Shown here: one piece after another, positions 52,170 through 63,239 of the stretch
How positions within the stretch are numbered: position 1 is the stretch's first letter
How the letters are laid out: the number at the start of each line of letters is the position of its first letter
NCBI RefSeq assembly: GCF_964204645.1
Contig: NC_134027.1
Coordinates: 20,918,560-20,982,559 of the forward strand
Source of the DNA: Tubulanus polymorphus
Lineage: Eukaryota; Animalia; Nemertea
Direction of reading: 5' to 3'
DNA length: 64,000 bases
Program-made: the position numbers and the translations under genes
The notes under the pieces: generated by a model
What the model was told of the DNA's origin: nothing
The model's database searches: none
The model's input: the letters and a program-made list of their open reading frames with translations, nothing else

Positions 52170-55100
52170 TAACCATAAGGTAATGTTTTTATACCATCAT
52201 CTGAAATATGCCTTTTATCATCAAATGGATTTAAACTAGTTTTTTCAACTTCATTAATGTACATCTCATGATCTTCTGATCTTAAACAATTCATCTTGTG
52301 TTTCATTACAATTGATTTATATAAACACTTTATATAATCTTGAAATTCTATATGTTTATCAACCACATGTTTTGTTATTCCTTTTAACTTTTTAGCTTCA
52401 TGATCTTTTGTTCTGTAACTATACATTTTACTTCTTATCCCAACAAATTCAATCATTTCATCACCTCCTAATTCATCTTTAAATTTACCAGGAATCTTTT
52501 TATTATCATTGCTAAATAGTTCATGATCTTTAGGATAATTGCTAAAATCAAAATGATGTTTTAATGTTTTTAAGTCTTTTGTTATGTCATTTGTCTTGAT
52601 TTTTAGTATGTAACTGTCAGTATTTTTTTGGATTAATGGGAACCCAGAATTGAATGTTCCATCATCTGTTGATAAATCATAAACATAGTCAGTTGGGTTA
52701 TATATTTCAAATAAATCTTTAACTTCTTCTGTTAATTCTTTTTCTACATGCCTTAAATTAAAACAATTTGGTTTAGATTTAATTAATTCTATATTCATAT
52801 TAAATCCTAATGAACTGCATAACACATTTAACCCACTTATTGCACATTTTCCTTTCTGTGCAAAGGTTATCGTTTTATCCTTTATAAATTTTTTAGTACC
52901 ATCGGCTGCGTAGAACCCAATGAAGAACCATTTTCTAAGATTATATTCTGAATTTAATATATAATCTGGTACTATTTTTTCTTTAGTTGAAGTATTACTT
53001 TTCACTATTGCATGAATATAGAATTCATCATTATATTTTATAGCAAAATCTTTAGGATTATTTACAAGTATTCTATAAACCGCGGATGATTTCATAACAT
53101 CCATGATTCTAAATGTTTTATGTGAATAAACTTCTTCACAGAATTTCTTAATTCTTTCTAATAATTTTAAGTCTTGATTGCATAAATACCAACAATATTT
53201 ATTACCCCAAACATATTTATACACACCTGCTGAACCATCACCCATGAAAAATCCTTTGATAAAATATTCTTTTTCTTCCAATGTTTCGGGTTCTATATTA
53301 TAAATATTATCAATTATTTCATCAAATGACATATGATTCATTCTTGGGAAAAATCTTTTATGTAATAATTCATCTCCAATTTTTATATCAGTTGGTTTTA
53401 TTTCATCACCATTTCGTTTAATTAAACTGTGGTCTTCAGTAACATCTACAAATCCTAATTTAGTTCTAACTCTATAGATTTTCTTATTTGTTTTATGTCT
53501 AATAATATTCTTTAATTTTTTCCATCCATTTCTTGTCCAAACATCTATTAAACCATTTATTTGTATTAGTTCTTTTTCACCATATGAAAAATAAGATTTA
53601 TTTTGATTAGGAATTATTTCTGAAATTCTTCTAATTAATATTTGGTTATTGTATTTTAATAATATTGGGGTGTCAGCTGTTACAGAATCGAAGTATAGAA
53701 TTTCTATATGTTTTTCCCCAAACAATGGTTGTAATACATTGTAATAAAAATCATACATTAATAATTTTGATATTTCTAAAACTGTTGAACCAATGAAAAT
53801 GGGTTTATTAAATTTCATTGACGTTCTTTTTAATTTTACTGCTGTTAAATAATCTTCAAATCTTTTATTTCCTAAATGTCTAGGACTTGATTGTAGGTGT
53901 CTCAATCGTTCAGAATTATTTACTAATTCAATATCATTTCTATTTCTAATATTTTCACATGTTTTACCATAAAAACTATTGTTCATTAATTTGAAGAAAT
54001 CTTTTTCAAAATCTGTTTTTGATATGGTTCTCTGTTGAGTATTGAAATCTATATATTTTTCTAACCACTTTGATTGATTAAATTCAATATATCTATGTAC
54101 TTTCTTTAATTTCATTCCTTGTTTTAGATAAAATTTTAACATTCTATAATGAACAATATAATTGTATTTATTATTTTGAGTAAGTATTAATTTTTCTGTA
54201 AAAACATGATCTTTCGGTTTTATTTTCTTCTGGTATTCACTTAAATAACTATCATCTACAGTTAAATGTTCTGGGCAATAAGGTAAGTTTCTTGTTTTAA
54301 ACTTTATGTTATCAGGATATTCTAAATCAACTACAAAGAAATAACCAATTGGTGCTTCATCTTCTAAACTCATAATTGCGCTTTCCCAATTAGTTTTATC
54401 ATCATTTTCAACTTCTGTTAATATAAAATTTTTATATGGTTGAGGTTGCATCATTGCCCAACCATATAAATTATTGGCGTCAATATATAATAATTTATAT
54501 TCATCATTTGCTTTAAAATACCTATCTCCCATAACACCACTAATTCCACCTCTAATTGATTTTTCAAATAATAAAACCATATCTGGTTCTTTTAATAAAT
54601 CTAATTCTACATTTGTATATTTTAAACCACATTGCCAGGTTAAACCAGGACTTGAATAACAATAACAAGGATCAACATTAAAATGATTCAAATTAACTTC
54701 TCTAAATTTTTCAAATATGTCAGCCAATATCATAACATCTGATTTTAAATATAAATCAACTAATTCGCCATGATTTTTCATCTTAAAATGGTTCCAAATA
54801 TTTAATGTTCTATTAAACACTTCGTCTTTCACATACTCCTCTTTTAATTTATCATAAAATTGATCTTTTAATAATTCTGTTACATTAAAATCATCATGTG
54901 TTTTATAAAATGAATAAGGAATTGCGCCTTTATATCTCAATAATTTAAAATCTTGTTCATTTGGATAATAATATCGAGTTATAACAAAATCATTATCAAC
55001 TAAACTTTTTGATAAATTATCTAATGAACTTGCTAGAAATCTATAAGAATCTAAAAATCTAATGCAACCAAATTGAAATGAAATATAATTTTCAGATGTT

Positions 55101-57229
55101 TTAGCTAATAGTTTAAAATAATATTTTCTTACATTTGCTTCATTCATAGCATTATATTCTTCTATTTCTTGATTAATTGCGCCCAATTTTCCTGATAATT
55201 GTTTTATAAATAGATGGGTATCATAGCCTGATAAATTATGAAATAATATTGGTACGAAATTAACTTTCTTAGCTTGTAAATTGCAATCTTCATGAGCAGC
55301 TCCACGATATTTTGAATTCAAATGATCATGATCTCTAACTCTTTTATCAAATGAATAAAAACGTTTTTCACAATAACAACAATGAGTTGCATAATTAAAA
55401 TCAATTTCATCTTCTTTTGTCATAACTATTCTTTTATTTTTGTTTAATAATTTTGTAAAATCACTTTCTAATTCAATCATTTTATCACAAAAATCATTAA
55501 CTACATTTTCACCTCTAAAAGAAATATATTGACTTTCATATAATTCGGGATAATTTGATTTGATGTAAATTCCATAAGCAGCAGCTCTTTGATGAACTTT
55601 TTTTAATTGTATTTATAATTGGCGGGTCTTGTATTGTGTCTTCATTTAATTCATTTCCTTTATCCATTGATTTTAATAATTGCTTTTTGTTATATATTTC
55701 TTTTCTATCTTGATCAGTTAATTCTTTATTCAACGATTCAAAATCCCCATAAATTACAAATGGAACAATATTTTTAAATTTATGATTAGTAAATTTCAAT
55801 TTATAATCTTTTTCTGTTGGCATTATTAATTTACAAAAATCTTTATTATCACATAATTCTTTATGTTTTAATAATGTATTCTCAGTCATAAATTTGGATA
55901 AACATTTTCTACATAGATAAATTTTATCATGATGATCACTTTCTGTTCTAAAGAATAAATCAATTTGTTTTAACCACATATAATGTTCATTTTCATCTTT
56001 TTTGTAATATAACAAATCTATAGCATTTTCATCATCATAATATTCTGTTAAATATAAAGCTTCCAATGTATAATCTTTAATATTTTCACCTTTTGTCTTT
56101 GGTAATTGCATTAATTCGAATACATTTATTTTTAAATTATTAACTTTTTCTATTTTAGGAATCATTTTTATAGTTACTGGATATTGATCAATTTTATATA
56201 ATGTTTCATATTTCCGATAATCTGTTATTCTACAAACATTTTCCTGTGTTGGATGTAAACAACTAATAATTGACCATAGAAAACATTTATAATCTTCATT
56301 TTGAACATTTATTACTGCTTTTGTTGTAAACGGTAATTTGATATAACTTGATGCTTTCATATCCTTTTCTGTTGTAAAGTTTGAATCATTTTTAAACATT
56401 TTATTACTTTTTGATGTTTTATTCCTTTTTGTATTATAAACATTTAAATCTAAATATATGATTTCATTCAATGTTAAGCCAGAACCCTCAAAATATCTTT
56501 CTTCAATATGACGTTTAAATTCATTTAATATTTTTTCTAACTTCTCTTTTATTTGTATTTTTGAAATTATTTCTTCAGAGTGTGTTTGAATATTATAATC
56601 CATTTTTTCTTCTGACTTTATAAAACTTACTTTCCCAGAGATACTAATTTTTGGATATTCAACATCTGTTATCAAATCTAGTATTTTTTCTATTATTTCA
56701 TTAAATTTACTATAATCTTCTATTGTTGTGTCTTAAAAAATCTAAATATAATAGCTGCAGGACCAATTTTACTATGTAATGTTTCTAAGATTTCAATTGT
56801 ATCTTTTATTTCTAGTGAATCAATATAATTTCTAATATTTTCCATGTAAGGTTTATTTGAAATGGATTTAGTTTTTGAAGTTGATTCTTTTACTTGTTGA
56901 GGTTTATCATCAAAATAATCTATTCCTAAAACATTATTTCTCAAATTTTGATGGTGTTTTTCTGTTTCGAGATGTTTATTATAATTCCTTTTTGTTATAA
57001 ATTCATCACAAACTTCACATTTTATTTCATCCACATTCATATTTTCTAATCGTTCTTTTCTTTCAATGGAATTTTCTGGAGTTTCAAAATCTATAACATT
57101 TTTTATATGATTTGAAGATTTTTCATGTTTAGATTTATTAGATTTATCGATGTATTTTTTACAATATTGACAATAATATTGATTTTTATTGATATTATTG
57201 TTTTCTAGTTGGTGTTCATTCTCCCCCAT
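52166..57229 (-). pseudogene. Protein-primed family B DNA polymerase (pPolB) gene, broken into three ORFs by two single-base frameshifts, intein-containing
   Basis: ExoI VIYGDFES (ORF 55536-56675), ExoII FHNLSGYD, ExoIII YLKSDV, PolA YIDANNLYG, PolB FKLMNNSFYGK, PolC LYFD/TDS. EndoVII-like CCYC...VRDHDH..GAAHEDCN insert. The frames join at ~56732 and ~55600. Confidence 0.93.
52622..53686 (-). mobile_element. Intein (355 aa) with LAGLIDADG homing endonuclease inserted in pPolB motif C
   Basis: YFD|SVTADTPILL...VDVTEDHSL (block B)...FIKGFFMGDG...FFIGFYAADG (two LAGLIDADG motifs)...VYDLST (block F)...IQKN|TDS. Confidence 0.93.
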
Positions 57230-57344
57230 TTATTAGGAAAAAAAATTACTTGTGGTGATGAGTGTTAGGAAAAAAATTACTTGTGGTGATGAGTGGTGTC
57301 TCGTACTTCGTACTCTGATCTGAAAGCCTACTTTCCCAATTACT
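57225..57344 (-). repeat. Right terminal inverted repeat (120 bp)
   Basis: Exact inverse of 40908-41027. Supplies the ATG of the polymerase N-terminal ORF. Confidence 0.97.
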
Positions 57345-57740
57345 TACGTACGCCAAGATTCGCGAGATTTGCTATATTGATGACTTTTCCTTATCTTGTA
57401 CCCGTCTTGCTGATGCATTTCTTTCCGACCAGTTTTTCGGATGTTACTATGAAGTATTTGACCAATTAACATATTTCATCGTTATCGCCATTAATTACCT
57501 TTACATTGTACCTTTAACGTTGATTGTTATTTCAAATTCTGTTGTCGTTCAGTTATTCAAGGGTTCGAAAATGGTTTCGACTGATACGAAAACCACAAAA
57601 TCGAAACGTACAACAATAATGCTTGTAACAGTTTCACTCGCATTTGAAAAATGATTCCCGTAGTTTTAAGTAGGAGCTTGGCACTAAGCTGCTGACCAGT
57701 AGCCAACCGCCAAAGGCATGTAGTTCAGTTAGTTCAGTTA

Positions 57741-58092
57741 AGCCGGGCGTAGGTCGACCTTGCGACGCGACGCGACGCGACGCGACGCGATCGTCACGTT
57801 GCGTCACAAGTGGGGGCGTAAGTCGGTTGCGACACGATTGTCAGCGACTGTGTGCGACTAGTTGCTCCCAGTCGCAAGAGCGCGTAGATCGGTTGCGACG
57901 GTCGTGTCGCGTCGCAGAAAGTAGAACATGTGCGACTCATTGCGACTGGCGTCGCTGCCAGTCGCAACCCGTCGCTGGCAGTCGCAAGGTAGCGTAGGTC
58001 GGTTGGTCGTTGAGACGCGATCGTCGCTGGCGTCGCAGTGAGTCGCGTCGCAGTGAGTCGCAAGCCGTCGCAAGGCCGACCTACGCCCGGCT
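57741..58092. mobile_element. PIF/Harbinger-type MITE, GC-rich
   Basis: 27-bp TIRs agccgggcgtaggtcg(a/g)ccttgcgacg with one mismatch, TTA on both flanks, internal GTCGC/GCGAC repeats. Confidence 0.85.
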
Positions 58093-59664
58093 TTAGTAAT
58101 CAGGTAGTCTCAGGTGTGCGCCACAGGAAAATTTTGGAAATTAATTTCTGGAGCAATTTCACGGTTTCTGGCATATTGGGGTGAAAACGAAAAATGTTCT
58201 GCTTCATTTTCCTGCAACTTGACCTCGAATCAATTAGTAAAAGCATGTTTTAATAGACGAAAAAGTGTCAATAGCCACGATCACGCGAGCATTTTTGGCC
58301 CGTGCCAAATTTCAGCACGAGACAAATGATTGCGTTTGAATTGTAACTGGTACCGGAAATGACCCACTTCGCTTTGTTTGAGCATTGAGTATCGAGTTAA
58401 TGGTTTGCGTTTGCCAACGCGCTATATAATTAGGCACGGGCCAAATTTGGCTCGGGCCTGATCCGTGGCCAGATCGTGTTCCGATCGATGCTCACATTTT
58501 CATCGACCTTCGTCGACAAGCGGGCCCCTCACCTAAATACAGGCCCGACTCACAACTATAGAACAGGATCTTGAATTATGTGACTTTATTCAGACCTGTC
58601 GAAACGGATGCTTATTTAAGTAATTTGAGTGCAAAACAATTATTTCTTAAAAAGCAGTGGCGGATTTAGGGGAAGCACAAGGGGCATGTGCTCTCCCTAA
58701 AAGTGACAGCAAAATAAATCTGAAACGAACTTTTCAGGCAAAACATGCCAAAAAATTTTCTCTTTTTCTGATGACTGAAATTTAGTGGCTACACTCCATC
58801 TTTGACCTGAGAAATACACTTCCAAATTTTTCTGGCGGAGTCCGTATTGATATTGGGGGGTCTGTTTCAAAATACCCCCCTCTAAATAAGTCCCGCAGTG
58901 GATCCGCCCCGGAAACGAATACGCGGGCTTATCAAATAGCTCAATCACCTTAAATCTCAATTTCACTTCATATTGAATACGTAGGCCGTTTGGTAACATT
59001 TCCAGACTTCTCCAAAATTTTATTCTTATGAACACATGGACAGCTTTATCAATATCTCTCATGTTTACGCTCGTTTTCCGGGTAGAACCGGTGCACTTTT
59101 TAAATCGATCGTCAGGAGGTATTGCTAAGTTTTATTATGTTTCACGGGTTACAGAGAATTAATTTTTATTAGCGCTAACAATAAACTTTAGTTTTGGATG
59201 GTTTCTTTTTACGTGAATATTAGTTTTCCCGTATAAGAAATTATTGATGTGAATTAGAAATTCAAATCGATTTTCCAACATGTTTTCAGTAAAACCATCG
59301 CGTAAAAATTACGGATTGCAAACATATTCGTCCTCGTGATATATACCGGTACAGTCGACGTCGATTTATTCGTATTTTCACATATTTTGGAGACGTTTCG
59401 CAAGTCCGGATTTTTTTTTTATAGGTCAAACCGAATAATTAATTTTGATACTCGTAGAATTGACAGGGAACATTTTAAAACCTTTTGTCGACAGGGGAAA
59501 ACGGTTCTCGGGTTCAGAATCGAACTCCGAAACTACCATGCCTAGCTCTCATTGCACTTTGGATACAAATGTTGTATCTAGGGCCAATAACAATATTTTG
59601 TCAAAACAACTTTTTAAATTTCGTCGGCGTTCCTCAGTTTATGAGGCCATTTTGCCGATAGAGC

Positions 59665-59952
59665 GAGCGGTGTGGGCGAGTGGTAAGAGTGTTCGACTCT
59701 GGGACACCAGGTAGTGGGTCCGAACCCCATACATTACCGTAGTGTCCAAAGGCAAGGTACTTATACTCATCACCTCTCTCTACCCATGAGTAACTGGGTA
59801 CGTACCTGGCCCTAGCAGCAGCTCGGATGTTACTTCTCCCAAAGGAGAGATGACTGATACATGGAAGAGAGTTATAGGCTGGGAGTAAATTTGGAGCGCA
59901 TTTGTATCTGGTTGGGATACGCGCTATATAAATGACACTATCATCATTATTC
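59665..59952 (+). mobile_element. tRNA-derived SINE with Nin/Deu-like core and L2-type tail
   Basis: A-box-like gtgggcgagtggtaag, B-box-like ggtccgaaccc, core gtgtcc..ggcaagg.actt...ctacccatg...tgggtac, tail gcgctatataaat...(cat/tat)n. Confidence 0.65.
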
Positions 59953-60330
59953 TAATATACACAGTTTTTCGGTGCCAAGTTCTGCCACTGGGTGGTGCAC
60001 TGGTAATTCTTTTTCATGAACATTTCTGACAGGAGAAAATTTGAAAGTCGTACAAGCCATATTGCCGGCACCACTTTGCAGGGGAATGTGTGGTTACGCC
60101 CCACGAATGGTCCCGGTAGCTCATGACAGTGGAATATTGGAAACCGAATACCACACGATAATTGTTTGTTTCTGTTGGGCCTGCGCCAGCGGGAATGCAG
60201 CTACCCAAAAATACTTGGGTGGAGTAATAGACCAATGAAGGGTTGATGTGAGCTTCAGCGGGAGGCAATCAACCTTTAGTAAGCGTGGATGGTAAAGACT
60301 AGATTGAACTACACGTTGCACATGTATACA

Positions 60331-60510
60331 TACAATGAAACCTCGTTACAACGAACTAAACGGGACCAGAAAAATCTGTTCGTTGTAACCGATAGTTCGT
60401 TACATCCAGTATGAAAACAATTAAATTCTCGTACATGGGACACAATTCTATATTTGTTATTTCCGATGAATCGTCGTATCCGAGATCGTTATGACAAGGT
60501 TCCTACTGTA
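60331..60510. mobile_element. Tc1/mariner-pogo-like MITE
   Basis: ta|caatgaaacctcgttacaacga ... tcgttatgacaaggttcctactg|ta imperfect TIRs with TA flanks. Confidence 0.55.
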
Positions 60511-62134
60511 CACTGTACCATATGCATTTCTCTATGTTTTACGAATACTTACTTAAATTCAGTACTATATATTTCAATTATACAAAATGTCAATTTTGAA
60601 AAATCCCGAAGGCGCTGTGTCTAGTCGGCAAATGAGAATGATCAGGAGGGAATATACAGAAGAACCCGCTTGATTTGGATCATTTGAGACTGATGAAATT
60701 ATTCCGGTTTGAATACGTAATCATCGGATTGAATATCGTGTTTTACATACATTCATGTATAGATGGAGTGCAGTCAATATCCGGATAAGGTCAAAATCCG
60801 GATAAAGCAGGATTGACTAGTTATTTGATCAATTATAAGGCCTTTTTTCTAATAGCTTGGTTTACGGGGTAGACGTATTAAAATATCATTTCGGAGGAAA
60901 AAATTTTTTTTTTTTAATTCCCTCAGTGAGATAAAATCACTATTCGAAGGAAGAGGGAACTGTCGATATAGGGCAATATACTTATGTCCAAACAAATGAT
61001 TCTTGGAAAGTTCGAATCCAGCAAGCTGTAATAAAAAAAGAACCTTGGTTTTTCAACTTTTTAATTTTTTTGCTCATTTTTTCGCTGAATTTGTTCCACG
61101 GACGGAAATTAAGAAAAAGAATTTTATTTTCATTTGAATTTTCTTCAAATTTCGGAGGCGGTTTCCGTAAACCAGGCTATTAAAAAAAGGCCTAAGTTAA
61201 AAACACCTGACCAGGTCTCAACTGACTTCTCACATCATTCAAGGATTATAGTCATCCGGGATAACTTATGGTATTATTTTCATACCCTTATTCCGCCATC
61301 TTCCAGCAGTGGTTGCTCAATGACAAGCCTGTACTCCCCCAACCCTAGTCAGGAACTCGACACTAGATCGACACCATTTTCATTTTATGACTGTCAGGAT
61401 TCGACATCAAAACACTCATCATCATTAGCCTTGATCAACATGTTTTCGCTCGATCATAAGATCATCGAAGGTTTAGGAATTGACATCTGGACATCGTTAC
61501 CCGAGATTAACCAGAGTTCCTTATCATTATAATCACTTTTATCGAGTAAGATTAATAGAATTAATGAAAATTGATGATGTCGAAAATGTCGTTGAGGTTG
61601 AATTAGTTGTTGAGGTTGTTTACGTGTTGATGTCCGACCAGGGGCTCACAGGATTGTCACTGACTGTTGCGTCAGTAGACCGATGCCATCTAGTAAATTT
61701 TGTGAAATCATGTTTCCCATCAGACCAGTTTGAATAACTGTCATGACCAATAAATATACAATAAAGTAAACCTCGTCTTACTCGTACATGGCAAACTTGA
61801 ACATTTGTCTAACTCAAGGCAAAAACGAAATCATTTTTCTCACTTCCTTATGTATTTTCCTATCCTCAACTCGGACTTCGCTTACCTCGGACCTCAATTT
61901 GCCAGTCCTAGTTTATTCGAGTAAGGGCAGGTTTACTATCTACTACTATCTGAAAAACTCAGAATTTGAGGGATTTTGTGCCCTCTAAATTGTATGCTGG
62001 AATTTGAGGGGTTTTTGAGGGATTTGAGGGGCTGTAAGAACCATGCTACACTAATACATGTATATTCATCCAAGACGAGTTTATAGATAACATCACATGT
62101 AAATAACAGAAACATTTATGTATTTCGCTGCAAT

Positions 62135-63025
62135 TTACAAGAACAAATCATCTAAATATTCCTCAAATTCGTCGTCCTTTGATTTTTCAACGTCCAATTT
62201 CACCGGTCCTTCCCAAATCGAAGTCGACGCCTGCGAGTCGACTGTTTTTACGTTTTTCTCGGCAGATTTCTCGCCCACAGACTGTTTTTCGGTCGTCCCC
62301 GTCGATCGACGACTCGTCGACGGACCTTTGACGACTTCGCGTTTTCGACTGTTGTAATTCAACTTATACGAACACCGCGGGCACAAACGTAATTTCACCA
62401 ACGCGTTTTTCTTTTCGTTCGCTTCTACGTACGCGAAGTTCACTTCCCAACTGCGCAGCCCTTCGCTTTCCGCGCACTTCTTATTCCCGCAAACGAACTG
62501 CCCCTTGCCGGCAATCAGCTCCTTCTCGATTCTCCAACGCAACGCGATTTTATTCTCTTTGTACCGACTCAAATCGGCAATGCAATATTCCTTGAACAAC
62601 TTATCGTAATATTTCTTCGCCAGTTTTTTCTCCCACGTCAACGAATCGTCGTCCCGTTCGTCGTCGTCGTCCCAGAGAAATCGATGGTTCTCTCTGATGA
62701 TGTCCAAGTCGGTTTTATCGCGCGACGAGTCGCGTCCGAAGTCGCTCTTGCTACCGTTGTAGTACATCAGATAATTGTTCACCATCATCTTGTGACGGGA
62801 GTAAGCGTCCATGCTCAGAACGTGGAACCGTCGTATACGCGCTTCTTCCCGGTCGCTTTCCGATTCGTGCAGTCGTTTCGAAGGCGGTACCGCCGCGACG
62901 TCAGACGATTTCGCGCGATCGTCTCCGGCGAGGTCGCGGCGTCGTTTTCGCTTATTTTCGACTTCGGAATCGTTTTCGAATTCCGAGCCGTAATCACCGC
63001 CTTGGTGCAGCGTAACGAAATCCAT
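62135..63025 (-). CDS. FRA10AC1: FRA10AC1 homologue (spliceosome-associated protein), single coding exon, ~296 aa
   Basis: AYSRHK, DLDIIRENHRFLW, WEKKLAKKYYDKLFKEYCIADLSRYKENK.ALRWR, GKGQFVCGNKKC, LRSWEVNFAY.E..EKKNALVKLRLC..CSYKLN, FEEYLDDLFL. A splice acceptor lies 9 nt upstream of the ATG. Confidence 0.93.
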   Translation of the reverse strand: MDFVTLHQGGDYGSEFENDSEVENKRKRRRDLAGDDRAKSSDVAAVPPSKRLHESESDREEARIRRFHVLSMDAYSRHKMMVNNYLMYYNGSKSDFGRDSSRDKTDLDIIRENHRFLWDDDDERDDDSLTWEKKLAKKYYDKLFKEYCIADLSRYKENKIALRWRIEKELIAGKGQFVCGNKKCAESEGLRSWEVNFAYVEANEKKNALVKLRLCPRCSYKLNYNSRKREVVKGPSTSRRSTGTTEKQSVGEKSAEKNVKTVDSQASTSIWEGPVKLDVEKSKDDEFEEYLDDLFL

Positions 63026-63239
63026 TTTCTCGATCTGAAAATATAAAGATAAGTTAAAACTTCGTAATAATCTGATGATCAAATTTTTGGTATTTGCTAA
63101 TTGGTAGGTACATCAAGTTTCAATGATGACATCAACTGAAAACTTAAACTGGATAGGGGATCATTCATTCATTACACACGCATTAGGGGAGGGGGGAGGG
63201 GTAAGTGCAATTACTAACTGTAATGATTATTGTATATGA

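Larger units (their letters stand above)
40908..57344. mobile_element. Full-length Polinton/Maverick-like endogenous dsDNA virus (16,437 bp)
   Basis: Identical 120-bp TIRs, 5'-AGT...ACT-3' termini, TACGTA on both flanks (40902-40907, 57345-57350). Encodes pPolB, integrase, ATPase and capsid-like ORFs. Intronless, densely packed and markedly more AT-rich than its flanks. Confidence 0.96.
40080..57654 (+). pseudogene. Class A GPCR pseudogene split into three pieces (40080-40412, 40856-40907, 57351-57654) by two insertions
   Basis: Joined pieces read ...YLIVLSASDS...SCQIYEF...SSWFIVVLG|LERTVVVFFPFTSRIIR|TPRFARFAIL...IVPLTLIVISNSVV...KRTTIMLVTVSLAF, which is TM2-TM6. TM1 LGTFGN is in a shifted frame. 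Confidence 0.8.

Noticed and set aside
56720-56745. Programmed -1 frameshift at TTT TTT AAG in the polymerase gene
   Set aside because: Slipping -1 on the T-run leads directly into TAA. A one-base deletion explains the junction better.
41023-57229. Poxvirus early terminator TTTTTNT sites
   Set aside because: Too frequent in such AT-rich DNA to be informative by eye.
40908-57344. Contaminating free virus or bacterial prophage
   Set aside because: Both ends join a single reconstructable host GPCR reading frame with a 6-bp duplication, and the gene set (rve integrase, pPolB, A32 ATPase) is eukaryotic Polinton-type.
59665-59730. tRNA gene
   Set aside because: Only degenerate A/B boxes, no convincing cloverleaf, and it continues into a SINE body and tail.
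61134-61740. Short ORFs downstream of FRA10AC1
   Set aside because: No recognisable motifs or consistent exon structure.
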